From NCBI GenBank assembly GCA_950097015.1, contig CATNEN010000038.1:33852001-33916000 (forward strand): 64,000 bases of DNA. The letters run 5' to 3'. The DNA comes from Macrostomum hystrix. Its lineage: Eukaryota > Animalia > Platyhelminthes. Each line of letters starts with the position of its first letter. Within the stretch, counting starts at the first letter, position 1. The notes under the pieces are model-generated. The model was given only the letters and a program-made list of their open reading frames with translations, searched no databases and was not told where the DNA came from. Positions 11,901 through 24,179 of this stretch are shown in pieces. The position numbers and the translations under genes are program-made.

Positions 11901-14900
11901 CTCAGAAATGGGATTCTCTTGCTTCAGGATTGGGATTCTCCTTGTTCAGAATTGGAATTCTCCTGCTTCAGAATAAGTATTCTCCTTACTCAGAATTGGG
12001 ATTCTCTTGCTTCAGAAGTGGGATTCTCCTGCTTCAGGATTGGGATTCTCCTGCTTCAAAGTGGGATTCTCCTGCTTCAGAAGTGGGATTCTCCTTACTC
12101 AGAAATGGGATTCTCCTGCTTCAGAAGTGGGATTCTCCTGCTTCAGGATTGGGATTCTCCTGCTTCAGAAGTGGGATTCTCCTGCTTCAGGACCGGGATT
12201 TCTCTGAGTTTAAAAGATAGTGCTTCCCCTGTTTTAAAATCGGAGTTCAGATTCAGAAGCAGTTTAATTTTCTAATGCTTAATTTTTACATCCGCTAATT
12301 AAATCTGACATTGCAGCTATCGAGCCATCTCGCTTAAATCAGCATTCCTAACGGCCTCGGGCCCTGCTTACTCTACTGACTCTGCCGTAAATGACGACTC
12401 GGAAATCCTCGAAGTTGACAAGGCGACAGTTAAGCGGCATCGGGCTAGTGCCAGATCCTCCCTAGACGCAGGTAGCAATAGCGGCGAGTTTAAGCGGCCC
12501 CTGGCGCCGCCATTGTCGAGCAGACTCAGGCATTCGCATTTGAATTCGCTTCTGTTTAGTCGCAGTCGTGTTTTGCAATATTTCGCTCAGCACAAAATTT
12601 GTCTGCTAGCCGAGCTGTCTGAATTGACTAGCTGTATTCTAGCTGATAGTAAGCTGCAGCAGCAGCAGGCGCTTGGTCCTGATACAACTGCTCATAAGTC
12701 GCTGATTAAGACTTTAGACTTGTTAACTTCTAGCGGCTGTTTGCGACTGGTCTCCATTCGGATTCCTTCGAACAAAACTTCTACGAACGAAGAGGTATTA
12801 ATATTTTAATACCTGTAAAAAATAATTCCTTCGGTTAGATTTTTACTGAACAAAGACGTGGCGGTATGATTTTTTGTTCAATAAAGACCTGGTAGTCTGG
12901 CGTTTTATCGAACTGACCTGAAAGTGTGGGATTTAACTAACAAAGACCTGACAGTGTGGGATTTATCGAACAAAGACTTGATAGTATGGGCTTTATCGAA
13001 CAAAGACCTGACAGTGCGGGATTTATCGAACAAAGACCTGACAGTGTGGGATTTTTCTGACAAAGACGTGAGGACTAATCTAACAAAGACCTGAGAGTGT
13101 AGGATTTATCTAACAAAGACCTGACAGTGGGGTGTTTATCGAACAAATATGTGAGTATAGGGCCCTTTGTACCGGTATAAAGACATATTGCGAAAAAATC
13201 TTAACTAACTTATATTTCGTACATCACCTGTGTTGCACAGCAAGAGCCAGCCACTAAACTAGTCCAGTTGTACGCATTGGCTGATATAGCCAACGAGCCA
13301 GAGACTCTACAACAGTTGCTAGGCGAGCGATTAGCTCGGCAACAACAGCGCGACGATGCGAGCGCGGAGGCGGCCAAACCGGAGGCTCTGAGCGAGGCCG
13401 ACAATGCCGCTTCAGAGCAAGGCTCGGCAGATGATAAAATCAAAGACAATCAGGCTGGCGCCGACTGCCTGCCTCATAACATGACTCGGCCTCCTAATAT
13501 AAGTCCATTTTCGCGCGCTCAACTAGTCTACGAGTTTTTGTGGTATCTAGTCTACAAGCTGCCAGTTGATCAGGGGCCCGTGTTTCCGAGGAATACTGTG
13601 AGTAAACTCCTCATCAGAATATTAACTTCTAGGGATGCTTAATTGTTTACGTTGCGTGCAGGGATAAAATCATTAATGGGTAGTTCATAAATTCCTGAAG
13701 GTTCATACTCAAAGGTATGATCATTAAAATTGAAGTCATGGATTATGGTCATACGTGTGTTGATTAAGGGTTTAGTCATCGATTAGGGTCATGGCCATGG
13801 GTATAGTCATAGAGGTTAATTACGTCATCTATGTTAAAATGTATGGTCATAGAGGATTAGGTCGTCGAATTGGGTGATATGTATCATCATTTAGGATTAG
13901 GTCATCGAATATTGTCATGGGTACGCTAATAAAATTTTTGCATTGCTCGTCAACCTACTTGAAGTAGACAATGCGGAAAATTTTATAATTAATTTAGTAC
14001 AGAAATGCTAATTATATTGGCAGATCGAACTGGACGGTCAGCCGGTCACATTGCCGCCAGTGTACAGCGACACAGAGGACTGGCGTCGCTACGTGTTCCC
14101 ACTGTACTCGTCTAGCGTAACTGGCCACTACCCTAAGACTGTACCTTCAGCCGGTTGGATACACAAATTCGATGTCTTAATGCGAATGCCTCTGGCTCTA
14201 TACGACATTGCCATTCAAAGCGTTGGCAATTGCTCTTCGCCATTGTTAGTTCGCTACATGCGGCATCCGCAGTTGCGCTGGCTTCCCCTAGCCACCCTGC
14301 CTGATAACAATGTGCGCGCCCTGATGCTGGTTCGATCGCGGTCCGTTGTGCTCACTAGGACTCAACCGTTCCGCATTCTTAGCGGCATGGGACTGCTCTA
14401 CTGGCTGAAGAAAGCTGCCTCACCCGCTGATAATGTGAGCGAGTGTGCTTTTGCTTTTCGCTCATTGTGACGATTCTGTTCTGTTGTTGCTGTTCGAAAA
14501 AACAGACCCCTCAGTCTGATTGGATAACTTTCCTCTCCTCTCATCTCATCTCTTCTCCTCTCATCTCCTCTCCTCTCATCTCCTCTCATCTCTCCTCTCA
14601 TCTCTCCTCTCATCTCCTCTCATCTCTCCTCTCATCTCCTCTCATCTCTCCTCTCATCTCCTCTCCTCTCATCTCCTCTCATCTCCTCTCATCTCCTCTC
14701 ATCTCCTCTCCTCTCCTCCCCTGTTTTTCCCCTCTTCTCTCACAGCTTCTCATCTCCTCCTCTGCTCTCCTCTCTTCTCTCCAGTGGAGAGGACCCTTTC
14801 ATCCTCTGCCCTCGTCTTGTCTCGCCTCTCCTCTCCTCTGCCTTATTGTCTACTTCAGTTCCACTGGCTAGTGCTCTCGTTTTTCAACAATTCTTATCGT

Positions 14901-17900
14901 TGTCTGAACATTTGTTTATTTATGCAGAACACAACATTTTCAGGTGCAGTTTTTCCTGCTAATTTTATTTCGCGGTTAATTATTGGCATACGGTTATTCA
15001 ATTCTAAGCTAAATTATAATAACTCCATCCGCAGAGCATGATGTACCTCACCAACCGACTGTCCCTACTGGACACTCGACTCAGCAAGCCCGTCATAGAC
15101 TACCTGGAGACTAAATCTTATCCTCCGCTCTGCTTTGAAATGCAACGCGAAGACGACGTTCTTGGCGCCTGGAGACAGTCGGCCAGGATTCTGGTGCACA
15201 CCCCCATCGAGTACACTGAATCCGATGCGCGTAGTCGGGCGCATTATAAGGTCCGCTTCATCGACTGCGAAGATGGCGACACTATTGACGGCTTGCTTGC
15301 TGAACCATTCGGTGATCACCTGGGCGCCTGCGGATTCTCGTCTAAACTGAGCAGAGCTCTGTGAGTCAGCAGGGATGGTTCTGTTATTGAGTACGGTCAT
15401 TGGTGTCAGCCATGGGGTTCGGTCATTCAGTAAGGTCATTAGTGTCAGCTTGGAGGGCTTGGACATCAAGTAGGGTCATTGGTGTGAACATGAGTAGTTC
15501 TGTCATTTAATAGGGTCATTGACGTCATCATGGAGGGTTTGGTCATTAAGTATGATCATTGCTGAGATCATGAAGGGTTCGGTCATTGAGTAGGGTCATT
15601 GGTGTAATCATGGAGGGTTCGGTCATGGAGTAGGGTCATTGTTGTAATCATGGAGGGTTCAGTCATGGAGTAGGGTCATTGGTGTAATAATGGAAGGTTT
15701 AGTCATTGAGTAGGGTCATTGGTGTGATCATGGAGGGTTCAGTCATGGAGTAGGGTCATTGGTGTGATCACGGAGGGTTCAGTCATGAAGTAGGGTCATT
15801 GGTGTGATCACGGAGGGTTTGGTCATTAAGTATGATCATTGGTGAGATCATGAAGGGTTCGGTCATTGAGTAGGGTCATTGGTGTGATCACGGAGGGTTC
15901 AGTCATTGAGTAGGGTCATTGGTGTGATCACGGAGGGTTTGGTCATTAAGTATGATCATTGATGAGATCGTGAAGGGTTCGGTCGTTGTGTAGGTTAATT
16001 AGTTCAATCGTAGATGATATTTTTCTCTGTCATTTTAATTCCATAGAATCCTGACTGATCCGCGAGATCAGAAGCAGGAAGAAGCCTCGTCACAGACTGC
16101 CACTAATGGTGTTAGTGAGGCCAGCAGCAGCAGCAGCGGCAAGAGAAGCGCCGATAATTTCTATACCAATCTGTCTCTGTTTGGTGATATGCGATCCCAT
16201 ATTATAAACATGTTTGACACTAAACCGATTGTCGAACATGCGCCTTCACCGACGCTATCGTCTGCAACATCAGCGACAGCATCCTCGAGGCGACGTCCGC
16301 GCCGTTCCTCAACTCGAGCTCTGCCATCAGCCGAGTCCGACTCCGAGGCCGAGCAGCGAGTTGACAAACGACGCGGCTGTGCCAATGTTAGCTGGCGGCC
16401 TCGCCAAACAGCGCTTAATCCCAAAGCGCTGGCTGCTAGGACGCGCGAGGCGCGTAAATTAGTTAGGAAATCCAATGAAAATGTTCAACAGCAACAGCAG
16501 CAGCTGTTTTCGTCTACTCTGCCGAATTTTAGCGTCGAGTCGACTCGTCGACGAATTCGGCAATTGTCTATGGCCCTGTCTGGCGCGGCGCCAGTTACTA
16601 GCCGCATCTGGTCACCCGAGGAGGACACCGTCCTGCTGTTCTGCCACCTGGCCTACCTGCTAGTATTCAATGATCGCGAGTGTAAATTCTCGGACACGGC
16701 CGCCAACCTCATAGCCGAATTCGTGCCATCGTCTACGGCAGTCTTGGCCAATCAGTCCAAAGATCGTCACGTCTGTCAGCGTAGATTCAACTTTCTGTTC
16801 AAACGCAAGCGAAGAAATTTAGACGCGGCAATTCAGCGAGTGCGAGACGCTTTGTATTTGAGATTGCGCAAGTCGGAGACTGTCCGCGCCTGGTTAGTGA
16901 GGCCCAGAGCCGCCTGGAGCAAGAACTGCGGCAATCAACCGTTGGCCGGCGATCGAGCTTGGCGAGAGCCGCATTTTCGTCGAATCGTCATCGGCCTGAT
17001 GCATCAGGATGAGGCTGCTGAACTCTTGGCTCTGACTCCGCCAGCTGCTGCTGCTGCTGCGGCCGAAGCAGGCGACGTGTTTAGCGGCGAGAATCCGCTT
17101 GCGGAAGACGATGAAGTTATCAATAGTCACCAGTTATATCGGCCAGTTATAATGGAGGACGACTCAGACGTTGAAGAAGACCAGAACGGACCATGCGAGA
17201 ATGACGGCCTGGATCAAATTGCTCGGGTCGCCAGTCACGCTGATTGCATGATAGACGCGCTGGCTTGGTATATTCTAGTGAGTAGTATATTTGGAATCTT
17301 TGTTGGTCTCTGGAGTGATATTTTCTTTAGAGTCGATTAAGGTTTCCTAATTTTGATTATTGATTAGAATTTCCTGATTTTATTGATTATCGGTTTCATT
17401 TCTCTAGTTGATGGATTATCGATTAGGATTTCCCTATAGTTTGATTATCGATTAGGATTTCCCAAGTTTATTTATTATCGATTAGGATTTCCTCGATTAG
17501 GTTATCAAATAGGATTTCCCAATTTAAAGTATCCGTTAGGATTTCCCTATAGTTAAATTATCGATTAGGATTTCCCTATAGTTTGATTATCGATTAGGAT
17601 TTCCCATGTTTATTTATTATCGATTAGGATTTCGCCGATTAGGTTATCAATTAGGATTTCCCAATTTAAAGTATCAGTTAGGATTTCCCAATTTAAAGTA
17701 TCAGTTAGGATTTCCCTATAGTTAGATTATCGATTTGGGTTTCCCTGGTTTATTTATTATCGATTTGGATTTCCCAAGTTTGATAATTGATTAAGATTTG
17801 CCAACATCCCTTGTGCTCGTATTACTTCTAGTATTTTTCGACCCTACATTTGTCCAAATCTATTTAATCCTAGATCTGTGTCCAGTCCTTCGCCGAGTGT

Positions 17901-20900
17901 CAATCATCTGACATCGACGCCCGCCTGACAGCCGTCATCAATGCCTACCCTATTGAAATAGCCGAATCTGCGCTTAGGCGGCTAACCAGCCACTCCGATC
18001 TCTTGGGCGAGTCGCCGTTAGTTCGCGCCAAACACGGCGACTCGATGTCTCTAACTAGTCGACGATTGAAGCTTCGCCAAGGCGCAGTCGCCATCTGTCC
18101 GCCAGCTGTTGACGCCTACTTTGCCAGCTGCGCTGAGCTTAACAACGTCGGCTGCTGGCGATCAATTCTCGATGACTTCGGCGAAGGTGCTGGCTGCGTA
18201 GAAGCTAAGGATGTGAATGGACCCGTGGCGGCGTTGTGCGCGGCAGCTGCTCTGGATGCGAACCTGGTGACTATTTTTGTTGACGATAAGAGATTCGAGT
18301 GGATAATGAGAGATTCGAGTGGATAATGAGGGATTAGAGTGGATAATAAGCGATTAGAGTGGATAATGAGAGATTAGAGTGGATAATGAGTGATTAGAGT
18401 GGATAATGAGTGATTAGAGTGGATAATGAGGGATTAGAGTGGATGATGAGAGATTAGAGTGGATAATGAGGGATTCGAGTGGATAATGAGAGATTCGAGT
18501 GGATAATGAGGGATTAGAGTGGATAATGAGAGATTCGAGTGGATAATGAGGGATTAGAGTGGATAATGAGGGATTAGAGTGGATAATGAGAGATTCGAGT
18601 GGATAATGAGAGATTAGAGTGGATAATGAGGGATTCGAGTGGATAATGAGAGATTCGAGTGGATAATGAGGGATTAGAGTGGATAATGAGGGATTAGAGT
18701 GGATAATGAGAGATTCGAGTGGATAATGAGAGATTAGAGTGGATAATGAGGGATTCGAGTGGATAATGAGAGATTCGAGTGGATAATGAGGGATTAGAGT
18801 GGATAATGAGAGATTCGAGTGGATAATGAGGGATTAGAGTGGATAATGAGGGATTAGAGTGGATAATGAGAGATTCGAGTGGATGATGAGAGATTAGAGT
18901 GGATGATAAGGGATTAGAGTGGATAATGAGGGATTAGAGTGAATGATGAGGGATTCGAGTGGATGATGAGGGATTAGAGTGGATAATGAGAGATTAGAGT
19001 GGATAATAAGCGATTAGAGTGGATAATGAGAGATTAGAGTGGATAATGAGTGATTAGAGTGGATAATGAGTGATTAGAGTGGATAATGAGAGATTAGAGT
19101 GGATAATGAGGGATTAGAGTGGATAATGAGAGATTAGAGTGGATAATGAGAGATTAGAGTGGATAATGAGGGATTCGAGTGGATAATGAGAGATTCGAGT
19201 GGATAATGAGGGATTAGAGTGGATAATGAGAGATTCGAGTGGATAATGAGGGATTAGAGTGGATAATGAGGGATTAGAGTGGATAATGAGAGATTCGAGT
19301 GGATGATGAGAGATTAGAGTGGATGATAAGGGATTAGAGTGGATAATGAGGGATTAGAGTGAATGATGAGGGATTCGAGTGGATGATGAGGGATTAGAGT
19401 GGATAATGAGAGATTAGAGTGGATAATGAGAGATTCGAGTGGATAATGAGTGATTAGAGTGGATAATGAGTGATTAGAGTGGATAATGAGAGATTAGAGT
19501 GGATAATGAGTGATTAGAGTGGATAATGAGAGATTAGAGTGGATAATGAGGGATTAGAGTGGATAATGAGAGATTAGAGTGGATAATGAGTGATTAGAGT
19601 GGATAATGAGTGATTAGAGTGGATAATGAGAGATTAGAGTGGATAATGAGAGATTAGAGTGGATAATAAGCGATTAGAGTGGATAATGAGAGATTAGAGT
19701 GGATAATAAGCGATTAGAGTGGATAATGAGAGATTAGAGTGGATAATGAGTGATTAGAGTGGATAATGAGTGATTAGAGTGGATAATGAGAGATTAGAGT
19801 GGATAATGAGAGATTAGAGTGGATAATAAGCGATTAGAGTGGATAATGAGAGATTAGAGTGGATAATAAGCGATTAGAGTGGATAATGAGAGATTAGAGT
19901 GGATAATGAGTGATTAGAGTGGATAATGAGGGATTAGAGTGGATAATGAGAGATTCGAGTGGATAATGAGAGATTCGAGTGGATAATGAGGGATTAGAGT
20001 GGATAATGAGAGATTCGAGTAGATAATGAGAGATTCGAGTGGATAATGAGGGATTAGAGTGGATAATGAGGGATTAGAGTGGATGAGAGATTCGAGTGGA
20101 TGATGAGGGATTAGAGTGGATGATGAGGGATTCGAGTGGATGATGAGGGATTAGAGTGGATGATGAGAGATTCGAGTGGATAATGAGGGATTAGAGTGGA
20201 TGATGAGGGATTCGAGTGGATGATGAGGGATTAGAGTGGATGATGAGGGATTAGAGTGGATAATGAGAGATTAGAGTGGATAATGATGGATTAGAGTGGA
20301 TAATGAGGGATTAGAGTGGATAATGAGGGATTAGAATAGGTGATTAGGGATTAGAGTAGGTGATTAGGGATTAGAGTAGGTGCTAAGGGATTAGAGTAGG
20401 TGATAAGAGATTAGAGTAGGTTATGAGAGATTAGAGTAGGTTATGAGTGATTAGAGTAGGTTATGAGTGATTAGAGTAGGTGATAAGAGATTAGAGTAGG
20501 TGATAAGAGATTAGAGTAGGTTATGAGTGATTAGAGTAGGTTATGAGTGATTAGAGTAGGTTATGAGTGATTAGAGTAGGTTATGAGTGATTAGAGTAGG
20601 TTATGAGTGATTAGAGTAGGTTATGAGTGATTAGAGTAGGTTATGAGTGATTAGAGTAGGTTATGAGTGATTAGAACAGGTTATGAGGGATTTAAGTAGG
20701 TAATGAGAGATTAAAGCAGGTGAGATTAAAGTGGTTGTGAGATCATCCGAATAGGTGAAAAGAAATATTTTATTATTAGATTTTCAGAGCACTTTCAGAA
20801 CTACGATCTAGAATAAACTATTTTCTCAATTTTCTAGCCGCAGTGTTTAACACCTCAGCCAGCAAAGCGTCTTATAAACTCATCCGCACACCTAACAGGT

Positions 20901-23241
20901 GCAATACAAATGGGACTGGAGCCTGGAGAGATTGCATTTTCTAAATACTGGCGCGGGTTCAGACATTTTTAACGAGGCTGTCGACTTTTGTAAGAATTTT
21001 CTTTTATCTTTTTGTCACATATTTCATATTTTAATCCCTTTAATCCCTAAATCTTTCATCCTTTCATCAGCCGCTGCCGCCGCCACCTCCGCTGATGGCG
21101 GTACTATTGTTGCTGAAGCTGACAACAACGACGATGAAGCCACTATGTCGTCGATTCCCTCGCTGACTCAGATGCTGCCTCCGCCTCTACCGTCACCGCA
21201 GCAGCAGCAGCAGCAGCAGTTGCTGCCATTGTTTCGCTTCGCCAACAATAATTGGCTGAAAAGTCTGAATTCTAGCGCCGATGGTTGCGCCAAATCGACA
21301 CCTCCATTGTGTTTCTGGCCGCCAGAGTTTCATTGCGCCGTAGCTGACGCCGATATTTCAACCTCGACTCCCGCCGCCTCTAGCAATAGTCGAATCCTGC
21401 GAGCCCTCGCCGAAATAGTTGGCGACGGCGGCGGCGTCAGCACCGACAGCGCCTGCGGCGTGACTCCTCTGGAGCTGTGCAGAAGGTTGGGCGTTTCGCC
21501 TAACACTACTGCCAGTAGCAATAGCAGTAGCTCTGTTAGCGAACGACAGTTGGCTGATTTGGACGCTGAGTTGATGCGACTTATACAAGCGAATGCTGTG
21601 AGATTTTTATTTGATTAATTTAGTCTGGTTGATCGGATAGTTTGATTAGTACGGATAGATAGCTTGGTAGGATCAGTTGGATGGAATTTTATTAAATAAA
21701 TTATTTCAATTTGATAAATTTGTACAAAATTGGTCAGGAGGGCTGGGGGCAATGTCACATAATTTGGTGACACTATAGACCTGCAATTCTGCCAGTTCCG
21801 CTGACTCCTGAGCACACACGCACACAGATACTGTACACAGGCGTTTCTTATCGTCAGGCAGTGTGCACCTTCACTGTGCCTTGGAGGTTGGCCCTAGGGC
21901 GTAAATTGCACAAGACCCCAAGCCCTCTCTCCGCGGCTGCGCCCCAAATTAAATGTGGCCTCGCCGCGGAATCGAACTCAGGACCTTCTTACTTCGTGCT
22001 TTAGACCGCTCTGCCACTCACCGATGGGTAGATAAGTAGATCGGGTAGATAGATTGGTAGATCTGGTAGATAGATTGGTAGATCGGGTAGATAGATGGGT
22101 AGATCGGGTAGATAGATTGGTAGATCGGGTAGATACAGGGGTAGACCGGGTAGATAGGCTGGTAGGTCTCGGGATATTGGAAAACTCTTACTACTTGGCA
22201 TACTGGAGATTACATAAAATGAAATTTGCTACCCACACTCTGATCCAGGTGTTTCTTGTGGGCCACAACGTGCCCTACCTGGTGCATCGCAAACTGATGC
22301 GGGCCTGCCTGGTGAACTTAAATCCCAGGGGATTGAAGCACCAACTGCTTGCGCCATCGGATAGGCGGTAAGCTGCCGCTTGAGGCTGGCTTGTTCAATA
22401 TCCTAACTCTACCCTTCCAAATCTACCACTCTACCCTACCAAATCAACCACTCTACCCTACCAAATCTACCACTCTACCCTACCAAATCTATCTACTCTA
22501 CCCTACCTAATCTACCTACTCTACCCTACCAAATCTACCACTCTACCCTACCAAATCTACCTACTCTACCCTACCTAATCTACTTACTCTACCCTACCAA
22601 ATCTACCACTCTACCCTACCAAATCTACCTACCTAATCTACCTACTCTACCCTACCTAATCTACCACTCTACCCTACCTAATCTACATACTCTACCCTAC
22701 CTAATCTACCACTCTACCCTACCTAATCTACCTACTCTACCCTACCAAATCTACCTACTCTACCCTACCTAATCTACCTACTCTACCCTACCAAATCTAT
22801 CAACTCTAACCTACTCTATCTACCATGCCAACTCTCAGCTACATCCTGCCTGCCCATTGGTCGGATCATCTCGGTCGCTATCGGCCACGCCGACACGCAG
22901 CCCAGCTCCGAAGAATTTTATCCGCCTGCGCCGAACGGTCCGGCTGCTGTCTGACTGCTCTGTGCCGCTCGGCTGGTCCCACCCTGGGCCTGGTTGGCCT
23001 CTATAAACTGCTGCACCAGTTGAGCCAATTTGGCTGCTTAACTCTAACAGCGGCCGTGCCAATTAGCGAACATCAGTCTGCTGCAGCCGCCAGCGTCGGC
23101 CTATTCTCGCCCAGAACTGATTATCGTCTGAGACCGGCTACCCTGTTCGACGACTGGCGTCGGGTGACTGTGCGCGTCCAGCCGGCTGCTGAGCTCTCGC
23201 TGGCAGCCGCACTCCAGAATCTTGTTGACGCTGATTCTTGA
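8911..23241 (+). CDS. GTF3C1: General transcription factor IIIC subunit 1 (TFIIIC220, B-box-binding), ~1775 aa; exons 8911-9203, 9585-10051, 11172-11403, 12317-12794, 13241-13597, 14024-14434, 15035-15360, 16047-17277, 17874-18266, 20899-20989, 21071-21597, 22249-22367, 22839-23241
   Basis: All 12 introns are GT-AG with consistent phases, and the exons sum to 5328 nt (divisible by 3). Motifs occur in the order known for GTF3C1: ALEEIALMGGSRGLSLDCLWRRL (cf. [22 protein letters not shown]), LLVASKSIR..LSHDCWSVLE, EFLWYLVY, VYSDTEDWRRYV..GW..DVLMRMPL, GDHLGACG, WSPEEDTVLLFC, VFLVG..YLV and a C-terminal HW..G..LSQFGCL. Confidence 0.9.
9290..9510. repeat. 20-bp minisatellites (TCACCCTTCACTACCGTCTG then TCGCCCTTCACCAACGACTC), GTF3C1 intron 1
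   Basis: Direct tandem units with a switch of variant at ~9430. Confidence 0.9.
10150..11040. repeat. 30-bp minisatellite (ATTCCAAGATTCCCGGATCCTCATTTCTTA), GTF3C1 intron 2
   Basis: Near-perfect tandem units aligned with the 60-nt lines. Confidence 0.97.
11490..12205. repeat. ~21-22-bp minisatellite (GGGATTCTCCTGCTTCAGGATT), GTF3C1 intron 3
   Basis: Direct tandem repetition. Confidence 0.95.
12845..13160. repeat. Degenerate ~30-bp repeat (AACAAAGACCTGACAGTGTGGGATTTATCG), GTF3C1 intron 4
   Basis: Recurrent AACAAAGACCTG units at ~30-bp spacing. Confidence 0.85.
14530..14840. repeat. Polypyrimidine microsatellite (CTCTCCTCTCAT)n, GTF3C1 intron 6
   Basis: Low-complexity C/T tract. Confidence 0.9.
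15390..15990. repeat. 40-bp minisatellite (GGTCATTGAGTAGGGTCATTGGTGTGATCATGGAGGGTTC), GTF3C1 intron 7
   Basis: Direct tandem units. A decayed GGTCAT-based repeat also occupies intron 5 (~13730-13920). Confidence 0.92.
17335..17800. repeat. ~27-29-bp minisatellite (TTATCGATTAGGATTTCCCTATAGTTTGA-like), GTF3C1 intron 8
   Basis: Recurrent ATTAGGATTTCCC units. Confidence 0.88.
18285..20720. repeat. 2.4-kb 20-bp minisatellite (GGATAATGAGAGATTAGAGT, grading to AGGTTATGAGTGATTAGAGT), GTF3C1 intron 9
   Basis: About 120 tandem 20-bp units; the variant switches at ~20335. Confidence 0.98.
21728..22024 (-). mobile_element. tRNA-derived SINE (same family as 47846-48211), antisense in GTF3C1 intron 11
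   Basis: On the minus strand: A box TGGCAGAGCGG (22006-22016) and B box GAGTTCGATTCC (21968-21979). The body aligns colinearly with 47846-48200 (GGCGAGGCCACATTT, CCTCCAAGGCACAGTGAA, CACTGCCTGACGAT, TACAGTATCTGTGTGCGTGTGTGCTC, CAGCCCTCCTG). Confidence 0.88.
22025..22168. repeat. 21-bp minisatellite (GGTAGATAGATTGGTAGATCG), GTF3C1 intron 11
   Basis: About 6 tandem units directly abutting the SINE 5' end. Confidence 0.85.
22405..22824. repeat. ~22-24-bp minisatellite (CTCTACCCTACCAAATCTACCA / CTACCTA), GTF3C1 intron 12
   Basis: Direct tandem repetition filling most of the intron. Confidence 0.92.
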
Positions 23242-24074
23242 ACTCTTGAGTCTTTCGCAATTCGATTCTTGTGACGTATGGAACTGCGATTTCCTGGAAT
23301 CGGAGGAGCCAAAGACAACTTACGTTTCTTAGAACGTTTCTTCGTTTCTTAATTTCGTGTCTTCGGTTTCCTAGAAACGAATCTAGATTTCTTAGACACA
23401 AAAAATTATTTCCTGCAAGCTACTTTGTTTTTTTAATTCACTTCTTTTTCTTAGAAAGTTACTTTTCTATGTTTCCTAGAAAACTATATGCAGTTTCTTT
23501 AGAAAGTACAATCTCATTTCTCTTGCGATAATAGTTTCATTTTCATTCTCTTCCTATTTAATCTTTCAATTCTTAGAATCTGGTATTCTGCTTCTAAAAT
23601 AGTTATCTGCTGTTTCCTTAAATTTAATCTTCTAAAAATGAATTCTGAACTTAGTTCAATTCTTTCAAAGCGTTTTTATTTATCCATCTTTTTATATGCA
23701 TTTTATCTTGTTAAAAGAAGTGTATTGTAATTGTTTTTACTTACCTGCCTGCTGTTGTTAGTAGTAGTATTGGAATGCTAGCGGCTTCAGTAAGTTGTGT
23801 CAGGCCCTTAACTGAAGTCCTTGCCGTGTTGCCTTTATACATAAAAATGTAACTTACATTCTACTGAATGACCATGCGGGTATACTGTTTGTTTTGGTCG
23901 TGTCTTATTTGTATTCAGGTTGCCTTCTAATCTAAATTGTTTATTTAAGTCTTGCTTACCTCTGTTACGTATCGATGGCATGTAGGTGTTTGGTAAAAGT
24001 TCTTACTTATCTGTTTCAAAACTTTTTTCTGACAGTTGTATATTATTTCTTAAAATGGAGTGACATTTCATTGC

Positions 24075-24080
24075 AATAAA
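24075..24080 (+). terminator. Candidate polyadenylation signal AATAAA for GTF3C1
   Basis: First clear AATAAA I found downstream of the 23241 stop, with a T-rich stretch at ~24155-24170. Confidence 0.4.
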
Positions 24081-24179
24081 ATGTTTGTAAAATATCACTG
24101 GGCACCTTACAGGAGCAACTGAACTAAAAAATCAATACTTTATATGCTTATTCCAGTTTTTTGCTTTTAGTCTAGTCGC

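Noticed and set aside
18285-20720. Interstitial telomeric repeat (GGGATTAG resembles TTAGGG)
   Set aside because: The unit is 20 bp and lacks tandem TTAGGG.
21960-22024. tRNA gene (also 47846-47920)
   Set aside because: The A/B boxes continue into a shared ~300-bp non-tRNA body with a tail and TSD, so these are SINE heads rather than tRNAs.
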